DNA of 64,000 nt from Vicugna vicugna (Eukaryota), in contig MU058153.1 in the NCBI GenBank assembly GCA_013265495.1, forward strand, positions 372,001-436,000, read 5' to 3'. The translations under genes were made by a program, and so were the position numbers. Numbering within the stretch: position 1 is the first letter of the stretch; every line of letters starts with the position of its first letter. The notes under the pieces were generated by a model. That model had not been told where the DNA came from, made no database searches, and was given only the letters and a program-made list of their open reading frames with translations. Positions 12,106 to 23,410 of the stretch are shown piece after piece.

Positions 12106-14437
12106 TATATTTTTCTTACTGTGTGCCAGGCATTGTGTTAAATGTCAGAGATGCAAATATAAATAAAACATGCTGATTTCACTTAATGATGTATTTCATA
12201 CTTCAGATGACATTTGCACTTTTTTCCTTTCCAAAATACTATAAAATTTTTTGAGGACCAATTCCTTGTCTGCTTCATTTTTATAGATTATAGAATTCAT
12301 ACCTAACATAATGTATTTTATCTCTAAGATCCTAAAAATCCAATGTAATTTAATAAATATGTGTCAAATAAATATCTCTATAACTGCCCACCCCATTATT
12401 ATATCTGAATTATGTGGCAGTTACCTTAGGAAATTGTTGCCCTTATGTTCTGTTTGGTTGAGTTACTTTTATCTTACTTCCCCAATGTTTTATTTTCATA
12501 TTTTCTCTCTTCTTGCATTCATTTCAAAGCTTGCCACTCTGTTCCACACATAGTTGCAAGTTCTCTCTCTTTCTCTGTATGTAAATATCCTCTCTCCTTT
12601 TTGATAAGGATAGATTCTTCTATGCATAGTATAAGTTTATTCTTTAAAGTCTTAGCAAGTTTATGTATTTGGCCTACATTTCACAGGTACTTTTTCTACA
12701 TCTATCCTTTTAATCAGCATCGGGAAGTTTGAGGACATAATTTTGTTTCAGCCTTCTTTCTTGAGTTTTCACGTGAGTTGAACACTTTATTTTTTCATAT
12801 TTTTTGTTCTTCTGCAAAACCTATTGCCCATTACATCTGGTAATAATCACAGCTAGAAGTTGTCAGTCCTATTTTTGAGAAAGACCAGAAGTGGCTTGAA
12901 ATGACATTTGATTCCACTTGTCTATAATAATAGAAAGGAGAATAAGTTACTCCTACCAAAAGATGATTGTCCCTGACAAGCAAAGCTTGTGGTTTATTAA
13001 TAATTAAAAATATTTCTGTGTTCTGCTACTGATGGAATAATTGCTTGTTCAGTCAATACCAGTGTACCATTTATTATTCATTAAAGATAAATGCAGTGTA
13101 ATGGCCTTGAATTACAATGTGTTACAATGAGATTACAAAGGTCATAAAAAGTTGATTCATTATTTAGGAATGGATTAAATTTCTCTACTGATCTCAGTGA
13201 CTAGGAAAATGCACCAGATCTCCACAGTGACACAGAGTTTTCATTATAAGGGGTATTTAACTAGCTGAGGGTAAGCTTTAACTATTATTTGAACTAGGCA
13301 CATGGTGTTCATGGCAGTGACAGAAGTGAAGGCTCTGCATTAAGGGTGAATATGAGATTCTCAGAGGAGATGTGACACCCAGGAATGCTGCCTACGTTCT
13401 CCAGGAGTACTGTCCTCACTCCTCGTGCGAGACCCTCTCGGGCTCTTGCTTGGGCACTCTGTGCTGGGTCCTTACAGCTCAGCCAAGTTTCCTTCAAGAC
13501 CTTTATGTTCAGATAACATTTTCCTCCCTCTCAGGAGAGTTGGTTGAAATTTTTAAGGGCCTTATGAATGATTCATTCCCCTTTCTCTCTGATTCTTTTG
13601 AATCTTTACACTCAGATTAGGGCAAATATCAGGGAAAAGCGGGCTTTTCTTCAGTTCTTCTTCTGAGTTTTTTCCTGCCCTCAGTGCTACCAGAAGTGAA
13701 AACTCTCAGCTAAGAAATCACCTCTCCCCTCTTTTCAGGACTTAAACAGTCTTTTCATTACAGATGATGCTACCTGCATACTGTAATGGCCTTTTATTTC
13801 TTTCTATTCAAGTGATGTCTGAAAAAGTAGGGAGAGGAGGGAAAAAATGTCTATTCTGAGTAAGGATGGTCTCCAGGATTTCTCCAGTGGATTCATGTCC
13901 TGTGTATGGCTCATCTAGAAAGAATGGGAGTTGATTTAGGTCAGGTTGCTATTATCTTTGAGAACAGATGGACTTGAGCCTCAGTATGCAATAAGGAGGA
14001 CTTTTCAGTATCTCGGGGCATTTAAAATTCATAGTAACAGCTGCAATCAAGAAGCTTCTGTTCTGGTGCATAAATAGTCATGTGCTTGTTCCTTGCTGTA
14101 GGGAATCATTTGTGTGTCTTTAGAATGGAGTTCAAATAGTATCCTGCTACATAAAGATGATAATATGGGGCGGGGGGATTAGCGTGCCAATCTCCCAAGT
14201 GTCCCTTGGTAACAGTGTACACCAAAGCCAAGGCTGGATGAGAAATTCCTGACTTTAGAAACATTTATTGAGTGACTGCTGTGTACCAGACACAATATTA
14301 AACTTGAAGCCAATTATGTGATAAAGATAATATAATGTGATAGAAATGAGAAAGTAAAGGAATAATCTCACTGAAAATTGGCCAGAATCCCTGTGATATT
14401 TCTCCAGTGTTAAAATATAAACCATTAAAAAAAAAAA

Positions 14438-14763
14438 GGGGGACACTATGAACTCATCTACAAAACAGGAACAGACTCTCAGACGTAGTAAACAATCTTA
14501 TGGTTACCAGGGAAAGGGCGGGGAAGGGACAAATTTGGGAGTTTGAGATTTACAAATGTTAGCCACTATATATAAAAATAGATTTTAGAAAGTTTCTTCT
14601 GTATAGCACAGGGAACTATTTTTAATATCTTATAATGACATTTAATGAAAAAATATGAAAACAAGTACATATGTATATATATATATATATATGCATGACT
14701 GGGACATTGTGCTGTACACCAGAAGCTGACACAGTGTAATGGACTGTACTTCAATAAAAAAGT
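14438..14763 (+). mobile_element. Young 5'-truncated L1 3' end, camelid/cetartiodactyl type
   Basis: atgaactcatctacaaaacaggaacagactc...gcatgactgggacattgtgctgtacaccagaagctgacacagtgtaatggactgtacttcaataaaaa; flanked by duplicated atataaaccatt (14415-14426 and 14764-14775); internal (TA)n. Confidence 0.9.
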
Positions 14764-15544
14764 ATATAAACCATTTAAAAATGAGTCAGTATTTAAAGAT
14801 TTTGATATTTCCTGGACTTTTATTTTGTTAGATTCAGGAAGTCGTAGGTAATCTGTGCTGTATCTCACTCTGCACTACCTAAGCCTTGAATAAAGTATGG
14901 GGACATGCAGCATATTTGGGGGAAAGTTTGCTTATGTCATTCTGGGTTGCAGCTAATTGTCCCGATGCTTCTAAAACTTCACTTCTCAAAGCCGTAACGA
15001 GCACATGCTCATAGCTCAGCTCTCATCAGCCTGAGAGAAAAATGCACTTTGCATTGCACTAGGTTCCTACAATGATTCCGCAGGAGTGATCAAATGCTTG
15101 GGTTTATTTCACAGCCATCTATCCAGTATCACCAGGTGTGACTCAGGCTGCATTGATCATTCAGGAAGCTTTAACACATAACATTTTAAGCTGCTTCTCT
15201 TGCCTTCTGAATTCATGTATTTGCTCCAGTTCACAAGAGTTAACAAGTTGATTAGCCTTCTCTTGGGAAGATTATCAGCTAGATAATGCAATTGATGACT
15301 CAAATTCCTAAAGCCATTGTTAAACTTCTTCGTGTTATTTAGGGTTCTAAATGTTCTCTGGGAATTTGGGGGGACTCAGTGCAGGTCTAGGTACCTGTGA
15401 GACATGAGGTAAGAGACAATGGATCTGCTTTGCAAAGATGAGCTTCCTTTCCTACCCATTTAACATTCTTCTTTGACAATGATTCTCACAGTTTCTGGTG
15501 AAGCAGGGTTTCAGATCACAGCCCTTCTCCCTAGTTTGGATTCA

Positions 15545-16215
15545 TACTTATTCATTAAATAATATGTACTGTGTTCCTTTTAGGTGCCAAATACTGTTCT
15601 AGATTCAGGGATGCATCAGTAAACATTGAGAAAAAGGATTCCAGTCCTTTTTTTTTTAAATTGAGGTATAGTCAGTTTACAATGTTGTGTCAATTTCTGG
15701 TGTACAGCATAATGTTTCAGTCATACATGTATATACTCATATGTGTTTTCATATCCTTTTTCATTATAGGTTACTGCAGGATATTGAATATAATCCCTTC
15801 TATACAGTATATCCTTGTTGTTTATCTATTTTCTATAGAGTAGTATATATCTGCAAATCTTGAAGGAGTTCCAGTCTTATGGAGTTTACGTTATACTGGG
15901 AGTTGACTAGAAGCAGTGAGGAGACAGAAATAATAAACAAAGCAATCAAACTGCAGCAATAAGTATTTCATAGAGTTATAAATGGTATGAAAACAATTCA
16001 ACTGGAGCACTCAGCACAGAGTGGCAGGGTGGTTGTGTAGATTTCCTCATCAGGGGAAGCTTTTCTGAGGCGATGCTGTTTGAGCTGAAGTCTGAGTGAC
16101 GTGAAATAACCGTTCAAGCAAAGATCTGGGAGGAGAAGAAGCAGCCAGTGCAAATACCCTAGGATAGGACCAAGCTTGAAAGTTCCAACTACAAACAACA
16201 GGGCAGTGGTGGCTA
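15545..16215 (-). mobile_element. L2a fragment split by a young L1 insertion
   Basis: aggtgccaaatactgttctagattcagggatgcatcagtaaac...ggaagcttttctgaggcgatgctgtttgagctgaagtctgag...cagccagtgcaaataccctagg. Confidence 0.75.
15650..15862 (-). mobile_element. Young 5'-truncated L1 3' end
   Basis: T-run then aaattgaggtatagtcagtttacaatgttgtgtcaatttctggtgtacagcata...; TSD-like aaggattccagtcctt (15634-15649) / aaggagttccagtctt (15863-15878). Confidence 0.88.
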
Positions 16216-17019
16216 AAAAATGGTGAGTGAGATGGAGAGCCTCAGTTTTTGCTTCCAAATATCAGGCCCAGAGCCAAAAGCTGTGAGCACGCGTCTGTTG
16301 GGAAGTGAAAGCCTGGGGAGAGAAGTGAGGCGCAAGGGGAGTGAAGCTTGGGCAGGAGAGCCGGTAGGAGGACGTGGAATCAAGCTGACTGTTCAGAGTG
16401 ACTGCTTGACCTTAAAGAACCATCCTCTGAGAAATCATCTGAAAAGCCAGCACTCAAGGAGAAAAAGGGAGAAAAATTACCCATCAACCACCCTTGCCAA
16501 TTGATCAAGGGTGTTTGCACCACAGAGTATTAATCCCCTGAACTTCTGGAGTGTACATGCTTTGGACAAAGAGGAAGTCTTGTTTTTGTCACACCTCAGC
16601 ATTAATAGAGAAGCTCTGGGGCAGGAGGTGTGGGGCACGTTGAGGGGAAGAGGTTGCTGTCAAGTTGCACCTGTGTGAATTCAGTCAGGGCCAGGAAGAA
16701 CTGAAGGTGCCTCCAACAAGAGACCACAATGATCAGAAATGGTGTCTAAACAGTTTATTGCAGAGTGATGTTCACGATGGACTAGAAAAAGTAACCCAGC
16801 ACCAGCAACGTAGAGGTCATGGTACAGAGTCTTAGAGATCTTAGAGGTCTCAGCTGCCATGGTACAAAGTATATATTTTATCCTAAGTATGTTGGGGAAA
16901 TGCTGGATGTCATTAATCAGGGTAACAATGTGAATTGTTTTATATTTGAAATAGATCAACTTGACTTTCATGTGGAGAAATGCTTGTCAAGGGATAACAA
17001 TGGAACATTTCAACCAGAG

Positions 17020-17243
17020 CAGTAGTCAGCAAAGTATGACCTGTAGGTCAGATCCTGCTCATCTCCTGTTTTCAAAGATAAAATGTTACTGGAACACAGC
17101 CACACTTATTCATATCCATGGTGTCCATGGCTCTTTTCACACAACTGCAGTCAAGTTTAGTAACTGCAGCAGACGCCGTATGTCCTGCAAAGCCTAAAGT
17201 ATTTGCTGTTTGACCGTTCACAGAAAAAGTTCTTTGAACATTG
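17020..17243. mobile_element. MER58A hAT-Charlie MITE
   Basis: cagtagtcagcaaagtatg...actggaacacagccacactt...ctgcaaagcctaaagtatttgctgtttgaccgttcacagaaaaagt. Confidence 0.88.
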
Positions 17244-17298
17244 CATAAGAGTAGTCTGCCTTCAGCATGGTCTGACAATGCCACTCCTGCTTCAGTGT

Positions 17299-17330
17299 TA
17301 TCAGTATCCTTCAGTATCAGTATCCTTCAG
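17299..17330. repeat. Perfect 16-bp tandem duplication
   Basis: TATCAGTATCCTTCAG x2. Confidence 0.95.
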
Positions 17331-17501
17331 GGGTTATCTTGAGGATGTTTTACTACAGTGACATTGATTTCATATCATAAAACTTTGTTTAGAAAGCAAA
17401 CCTACTTTCAAAATACATCTTATTTGCTATACGCCATCTTGTTACTTTTATACAAAGCTAAACAATATGCTGGTATAACCACTGCTTTATATGTATTACG
17501 T

Positions 17502-17945
17502 GTATTACTCAGCTTTGCTGTAGTTAAAAAAAAAAACTCAGTTGCTTTTAAGAATACAATGTCTTTTCCCTCACATCTCTTGTCATCAGTTGTGGGTGAG
17601 ATGCTGAAACTCTACTCCAAGGTTTTTCACATTTGGGGATCCAAACTCCAGAAACAGTCACAATTTGAGATGTATCAGCTTTCTGGTAGAGGGAATAATC
17701 ATGAGCTTCCTTGTGAAAACTCAGAAGGCTTCTTAAAGCTTTTGCTCTAATGACGCATACATCACATCTGCTCGTGTTCCGTTGGCTAATGCACATCACA
17801 TGACCAAACCCAACATCAGTGGAGTGAGATGTACACTATTCAACAGTGAGGTGAACCTGCAAATCACAATTTTAATCATCAAGGACTTTATATCCCTTTA
17901 ACAGAAAGATTGGGAGAAGGAAATTATTGACATGCCTATTATCAG
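17502..17945 (-). mobile_element. MLT1J-like LTR
   Basis: tgtattactcagctttgctgtag...catcacatctgctcgtgttccgttggctaatgcacatcacatgaccaaacccaacatcagtgg. Confidence 0.65.
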
Positions 17946-18120
17946 TGTATTGACTCAGCTCCAAATCTGCATTTTGTTGACTTACTTTGTGATACTGGAC
18001 CAGAATCCTGTAAACAACTGTTTACAGTGTACAATGGGCTCAGTGTTAAGCTTGGTTGATAGAGCGTGCTGGAGAGATACTGCAAAATGATAACAAGAGC
18101 AAAAGGTTCTCCTTCCTGGT

Positions 18121-18320
18121 TAAGATGGTCAGATTTAGCAAACAAAATAAAGGATGTTTGACAAACTCGAATTTCAGATAAAAAACAAATGATTTATTTT
18201 TTGCAGTAAAGATTGTTCCAAATATTGCAAGGGGTATACTCATACTAAAATGTTATTCATTGTTTACCTGAAACTTAAATATCACAGGATGTCCTGTATT
18301 TCTTCTGGCAAACCTATCCT
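18121..18320. mobile_element. MER53 palindromic hAT MITE
   Basis: cagatttagcaaacaaaataaaaggatg...gaatttcagataaa...tttacctgaaacttaaat...gtcctgtatttcttctggcaaaccta; inverted arms. Confidence 0.8.
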
Positions 18321-19152
18321 GGTTCCACCGAGCTGTTTCTTCGGAGTAGCAAGCTAGGATCAGTGTGTGGGAGGCATGGCTGCAGTGACATCAGAGGCCC
18401 AGGTCAGCTGCAGTCTCCCCTCCCAGCAAGTTTCTCTCCACATCAACTTCTGATCAGAGCCTGGGCGACTTCTTCACCTCCAACAGGGTGCCTGTTCCCG
18501 TGGTCGGGGGGCCATACCCTCTCCAAAGCATGTGAATCTCAGCCTTAAGGGAGGGGACTCTTCTAAGTAGCTTGTTCCTTTCTTGTTCATTCTCCCCAAC
18601 CTTAAAAGTAGTAAATGCCTCCTGCATTTGCTCCTTGTGTGCCCCTTAGAGTTTTTTTTTTAATCTTTTTTTCATAGTTAACCACTCTTTTACTAGTTTA
18701 TAATTATTTATATTAAAATTTCCCTGTTCAAATTACTGGTTTGGTTTCTTTGTCCTGGCAAAACCCTGACTTATGACTAAGGACAACACTCCAGTCTACC
18801 ACACAAGATAATTTAATGATCAACTATTTTATGAGAAAATATTTTACCCCATTTTACAGCTAAATAATTTGTTTAAGGAGTTTAAATAATGAATGAAAAG
18901 TCATAAACCTAGTGAGTCATGGAGGCTTGATGTTTATAGTTTCATGCACTTAATTTGCCTAAACGGGACACTAAACGGGAAGTTTTTTCCAACATTTGCT
19001 CCAAATAATATTCATCTATGAAATTATCAGCTGGGGAAGTGCTGCCTGCTATTTCTGTCCATGCCTACTCAATGACATTGTTTCAACAGTATAATTTCCC
19101 CATTCTACAACTTGAAGATTTGGGCAGAAAAAATCAGTTAAGGGAAAGTTAC

Positions 19153-19578
19153 TGTTATGGGTTGAATTGTGTTCACCTCAATTTTCATATACTGAAGTCC
19201 TATGCCCCAGCACTTTAAAATGTAGCCTTGTTTGGTGACAGAGCCTTTACAGAGGTAATCAAATTAAGATGAGGTCATTAGGATGGGCCTCAAACCAAAT
19301 ACTGGTATCCTTAATTAAAGGGGAAATTTCATATACAAGATATACAAAGATATACATGGAAGAAGAAATGTGAAAAAATATAGAAAGAAGATAGCCGTCT
19401 ATAAGCCATGAAGAGAGGCCTGGAAAATTCTTCCCATAAAACTCACAGAAGGAACTAAGCCTGCCAACACCTCATTTTTGGGTTTCTAGCCTCTGGAACT
19501 ATAAGATAATGCATTTCCAGTACTCAGGCCACCCCATCTATGATAACTTTATTATGGAAGCCCCATAAAACTAATTCA
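19153..19578 (+). mobile_element. MLT1B-like solo LTR
   Basis: tgttatgggttgaattgtg...aagatgaggtcattaggatgggcc...gcctgccaacacctc...ctagcctctggaactataagataa...aaactaattca. Confidence 0.88.
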
Positions 19579-19834
19579 ATGACTATCAACTGTTGTCCTT
19601 TGTATAGGAAGATACTTTTGAATTTTCTCTTCTGATGTTTTCCTAACAAGGGAGAAAGACATCAAATTGTTATACTTTTCTGTACTTTTTAATGAAAATG
19701 GCACAGATTACAGTTGAAGCGGCTGGAAATATGTTTGCAGAAAGAGGTTATAACCCCACAGAGAACTCAGAGTCTGATGTAAGGATTGAAATTGTACCAG
19801 TTTGAGTTATAGTCCTCTTCTCTACATCTTTGCT

Positions 19835-19990
19835 GTTGTAAATGTCGTCCAGAAACCAGAGAATCAGCAATGCCTGGGAGTTGGTGGAAGAGCAGAATCT
19901 CAGACCTCACTCCAAATTTACTGAGTCAGAATCCCCATTTTAATGTTCAGGTGATTAATATGCACTTTAACATTTTGAATTCTGAACACT
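19835..19990. mobile_element. MER5A-like MITE
   Basis: agcaatgcctgggagttgg...gcagaatctcagacctcactccaaatttactgagtcagaatc...caggtgattaatatgcac. Confidence 0.7.
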
Positions 19991-20657
19991 GGGTAACATC
20001 ATTGCCTACCAGACAAAAATGAAGTAAACAAGCAAACAAACAAACAACTCTTAGAGTTTACCTTTCTTTTCATTTTGGGGAATTTCTGAAGCAGCATTTT
20101 GCATTGCTGGAGCTGGCTTGTTGGAAGTACTAGACATGTTTAGCAAGTCACAAGTACATCTATTTGATTCACAGCTGGCTTAAAATCAATTACCTGAAGC
20201 TGAAATGCCTCTCAAAAGTCAACAATGTGATAATTGCTCTTAATTGTTTCACTGTGACTTTTTCCTGCCTACTTGTTACTTGGATGTTAATAAATGGCTC
20301 TCAGAACCAGGAAGAGCCTTTGTTTTACCACTGCCAGATGTAGGAAGACATATGTGACATAAATTCAGCTTGTTGCTGTAATATGTAGATATTTTGAACC
20401 AATCAATAAATTAATGAAACCAAATAAAATGATGTAAAAAAACATCAGAAAAACACAAAAACCCTAAAGAACTCTCGCAAGGTTTATCTGCTTTTGTCAC
20501 CAACCTTCAGATCCACCTTCTATAATGTAGGTCATCAGCAGAATTCTTACAAAACAAAAAAAAATTTAACACATTTTTTTTTTTGCTGGAATTTTGGATC
20601 CATTCATTTTTGTTTTTATGTTAGCTTCTTTTTCTTCTAATACAAGAGGCAACTTAC

Positions 20658-20826
20658 TTTATTTTTGCAATTAAAGTCGTATGTTTTTGTTTTATTTGGG
20701 AAATAGGAGAGTTGTCCTTTATCTTCTTGTTGAGAAACATTCCGAAGAAGAATGAAAACCTCACAATTTTATTTGCTGGATTTGGAGACTCAAAATCACC
20801 ATTGGAAAGAAGATTCTCACTCGCTA
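20658..20826 (-). CDS. Candidate 169-nt internal exon (phase 1 to 2), xASENLLSNGDFESPNPANKIVRFSFFFGMFLNKKIKDNSPISQIKQKHTTLIAKIx
   Basis: Minus strand: ttgac, tccatttctc, T28, then first AG (ctccaactAG, tandem TAGTAG); donor AAA|GTAAGT; single open frame. Not recognised. Confidence 0.3.
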
Positions 20827-20841
20827 CTAGTTGGAGTGTAA

Positions 20842-20847
<6 letters not shown>

Positions 20848-20875
<28 letters not shown>
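20848..20875 (+). repeat. A28 homopolymer
   Basis: Uninterrupted run of A. Confidence 0.97.
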
Positions 20876-20881
<6 letters not shown>

Positions 20882-20944
20882 TGGAGTCAATCGGCTATGT
20901 TTACTAAATTTATAATTGAACATATCTCTTGACATGACAATTAG

Positions 20945-21865
20945 ATTTCTTTTTTAAATTATACTTTTTAATTTGAAATAATTATAGATTCATGTACAGT
21001 TGTAAAAAATAATACAGAGAGATCCCTTGTACCCATTTTCTTTCTCCCAATGGTTAACATCTTGCAGTATTACAACCAGGATGGGTACTGACACAGTCAA
21101 GATAAGATGCAGAACATTTCCATCCCCACAAGGCTCCCTCATATTGCCCTTTTATGGCTACACACACTTCCCTACCCCCTCCACCACCTCCTTAACTGTC
21201 CAGGGACAGCCACTAATCTGTTCTCTGTTTCTCTAATTTTGACTTTTCTAAAATACTATATAAGTCAAATCATACAGTATTTTGGGATTGGCTTTTTTCA
21301 TTCAACATGATTATCTAGGTATTTGTCTAGATTGTTGCATGTATCAATAGTTTGTTCCTTTTTATTGCTGAGTAGTATTCAGTGTACCACTGTTTAAAAA
21401 TTCATCCATTGAAGGGCATTTGTGTTGTTTCTACTTTGGGGCCTTTATGAATAAAACCACTTTAAACACTTTTGTACAGCTTTTTGTGTGAACATAAGTC
21501 TTCATTTCTTTACAGTATATGCTCAAGAATCCAGTTGCTGGGTTATATGGTAGTTCCATGTTTAGTTTTTTAAGGAACTGCCAAACTGTTTTCCAGAGTA
21601 CCTTCCACATTTTATGTTCCCACCAGCATTGTTGTGAGTGACCCAGTTTCTCCACGCTGTCACTAGCATATGGTGTTGTCACTATTTTTTTTTTTTTAAC
21701 TTTAGTCATTCTGGTATGTTTGTAGTAATATCTTTGTGGTTTTAAATTGCATTTCCCTGACAGCCAGTGATGTTGAACATCTTTTCATGTGTTTATTTGT
21801 CATCTGTATATCCTCTGTGGTAAAAAATCTGTTTCTGTCTATTGCCCATTTTCTAAACACAATTA
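20945..21865 (-). mobile_element. L1MC1-like 3' fragment
   Basis: ttgaaataattatagattcatgtacagttgtaaaaaataatacagagagatcc...ggaactgccaaactgttttccagag...gatgttgaacatcttttcatgtg; antisense ORFs 21431-21709 (LNMELPYNPATGFLSIYCKEMKTYVHTKSCT) and 21702-21908 ([19 protein letters not shown]) are L1 ORF2 C-terminus. Confidence 0.92.
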
Positions 21866-21899
21866 GGTTTCTTAAATTTATCCTAGAAATGTAGTTACA

Positions 21900-22330
21900 T
21901 ATGTTCAAAATTACAAGTGAATTAAATTATTCATTGTGGTATTATTTGCAAAGAAAAAAATTTAGAAACACCCAAAATGACTACAATAAGAAATGATTAC
22001 ATAAATTTTAATACACTCAAATAATGGAGTACTATACAGCTATACAAAACGATGAAGTTCATTATGTACAGTTACTGCCTGTATCTATTTTTGAGTGAAA
22101 CAAAGTTTCATGAAGTTTATCTTTTCTGTTTTATGAAAACAGAAAAAGAAGATTGTGTCATTTTAGCTGCTTATACATACCTAAATTATATTTGGAAGGA
22201 TACACAAGAAAAAAAAGCATATGGGGCAAAGCTGTGGATGAAGATGAGAAAGTTTACCTTATATTCCAATTTTCTTTTAGTTTTGGAAACATTTAAAGAG
22301 AAATTCAATTTAAAAATAATAAAAACAGCA
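21900..22330 (+). mobile_element. L1ME-like 3' fragment
   Basis: attcattgtggtattatttgcaaag...gaaacacccaaaatg...aatggagtactatacagctatacaaaacgatgaag. Confidence 0.6.
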
Positions 22331-23169
22331 CAAAAGGTTATGTCTCACAGTAATAGCAACAAAACTAATTTTAAGATTCTATGTACTGGGTTAATATTGG
22401 AATGTTCCAGAATAATGATTTGGTAGCTAGTATATATTCTGCTCAAGTCAATGCCCACATTCCTCTAACTTAACTTGAATGTTGAAACTAAGCAAGGTGT
22501 TTGTTTTATTCTTATGCCTGGAGTAGGTACACATTGCAAAATGTTCTAGGATGACTTTACACTTGTTCTGAATTGTAATGAATTTAGCCATCCTCATCTG
22601 TTTTGCTTGTTTGGTTCCTCCAGTGTTCAATGTTTGCATTACCAAGCTGTGCTGGGCAAATTCTGGTGGCATAAACTGCATAAATGATGAGAGATTCCCA
22701 CTGTTCCAAAGAGCCTAAACATGGTTCTGTCTATTTTATGCCTCTTCGCCCCTTGGCCACTCCCTACCCTCCAGTAATTAGCTTCCCAATATGGCTCCTT
22801 TTCGGTATGGCTAGCTGCAGGTGTTGTGCACCCTCGGAACACCCTCCTGCTGATGATCAGCCATCTCTAGTTCCCTGTAAGAATACTCGCCATAGATAAT
22901 GCAGGTTATTAATCCAGACAGAAATTTTAAATTCTCACTAAACAAAAATGCTTTCTAATCATTTTTGAGTATTTGGAGAAGCAAATCAAAACACAAAGCA
23001 GAGATAATCTGATAAATAGGCTTTTGTGAAAGCGCTATAAACAATCTTGGGTTCCTTTACTTATCGAACTATATAAATTCCTCTCCTCCCTCCTCACACT
23101 TATCAAGACATAAGATCATGCAGACCAACTATTTTCTCTCATTCAAATAGATCATGCTGTATTAAATGT

Positions 23170-23410
23170 CTAAGCCTTTTAGTGTTTTAGTTCCTCTGAC
23201 AGAAAATCCTTTCTCCCTACATCTATCTTCTGAACTTCTACTTGTCCTTCAAAATAGATAGAGCTTTCTCAGTGATGCCTTTTGGGATTGGCTCCTCTCT
23301 GTCTCCAGTAGAATTAATCTATTCTTCATCTGTGCTGTTGCTGTTCAAACGCATCCTTATTCCTGCAGTGACGGCACAGAGTTGAAATTACTTGTTCATT
23401 CATCTGGAGA
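23170..23410 (+). mobile_element. L2 fragment
   Basis: ttcctctgacagaaaatcctttctccc...cttctacttgtccttcaaaa...tttctcagtgatgcctt. Confidence 0.5.
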
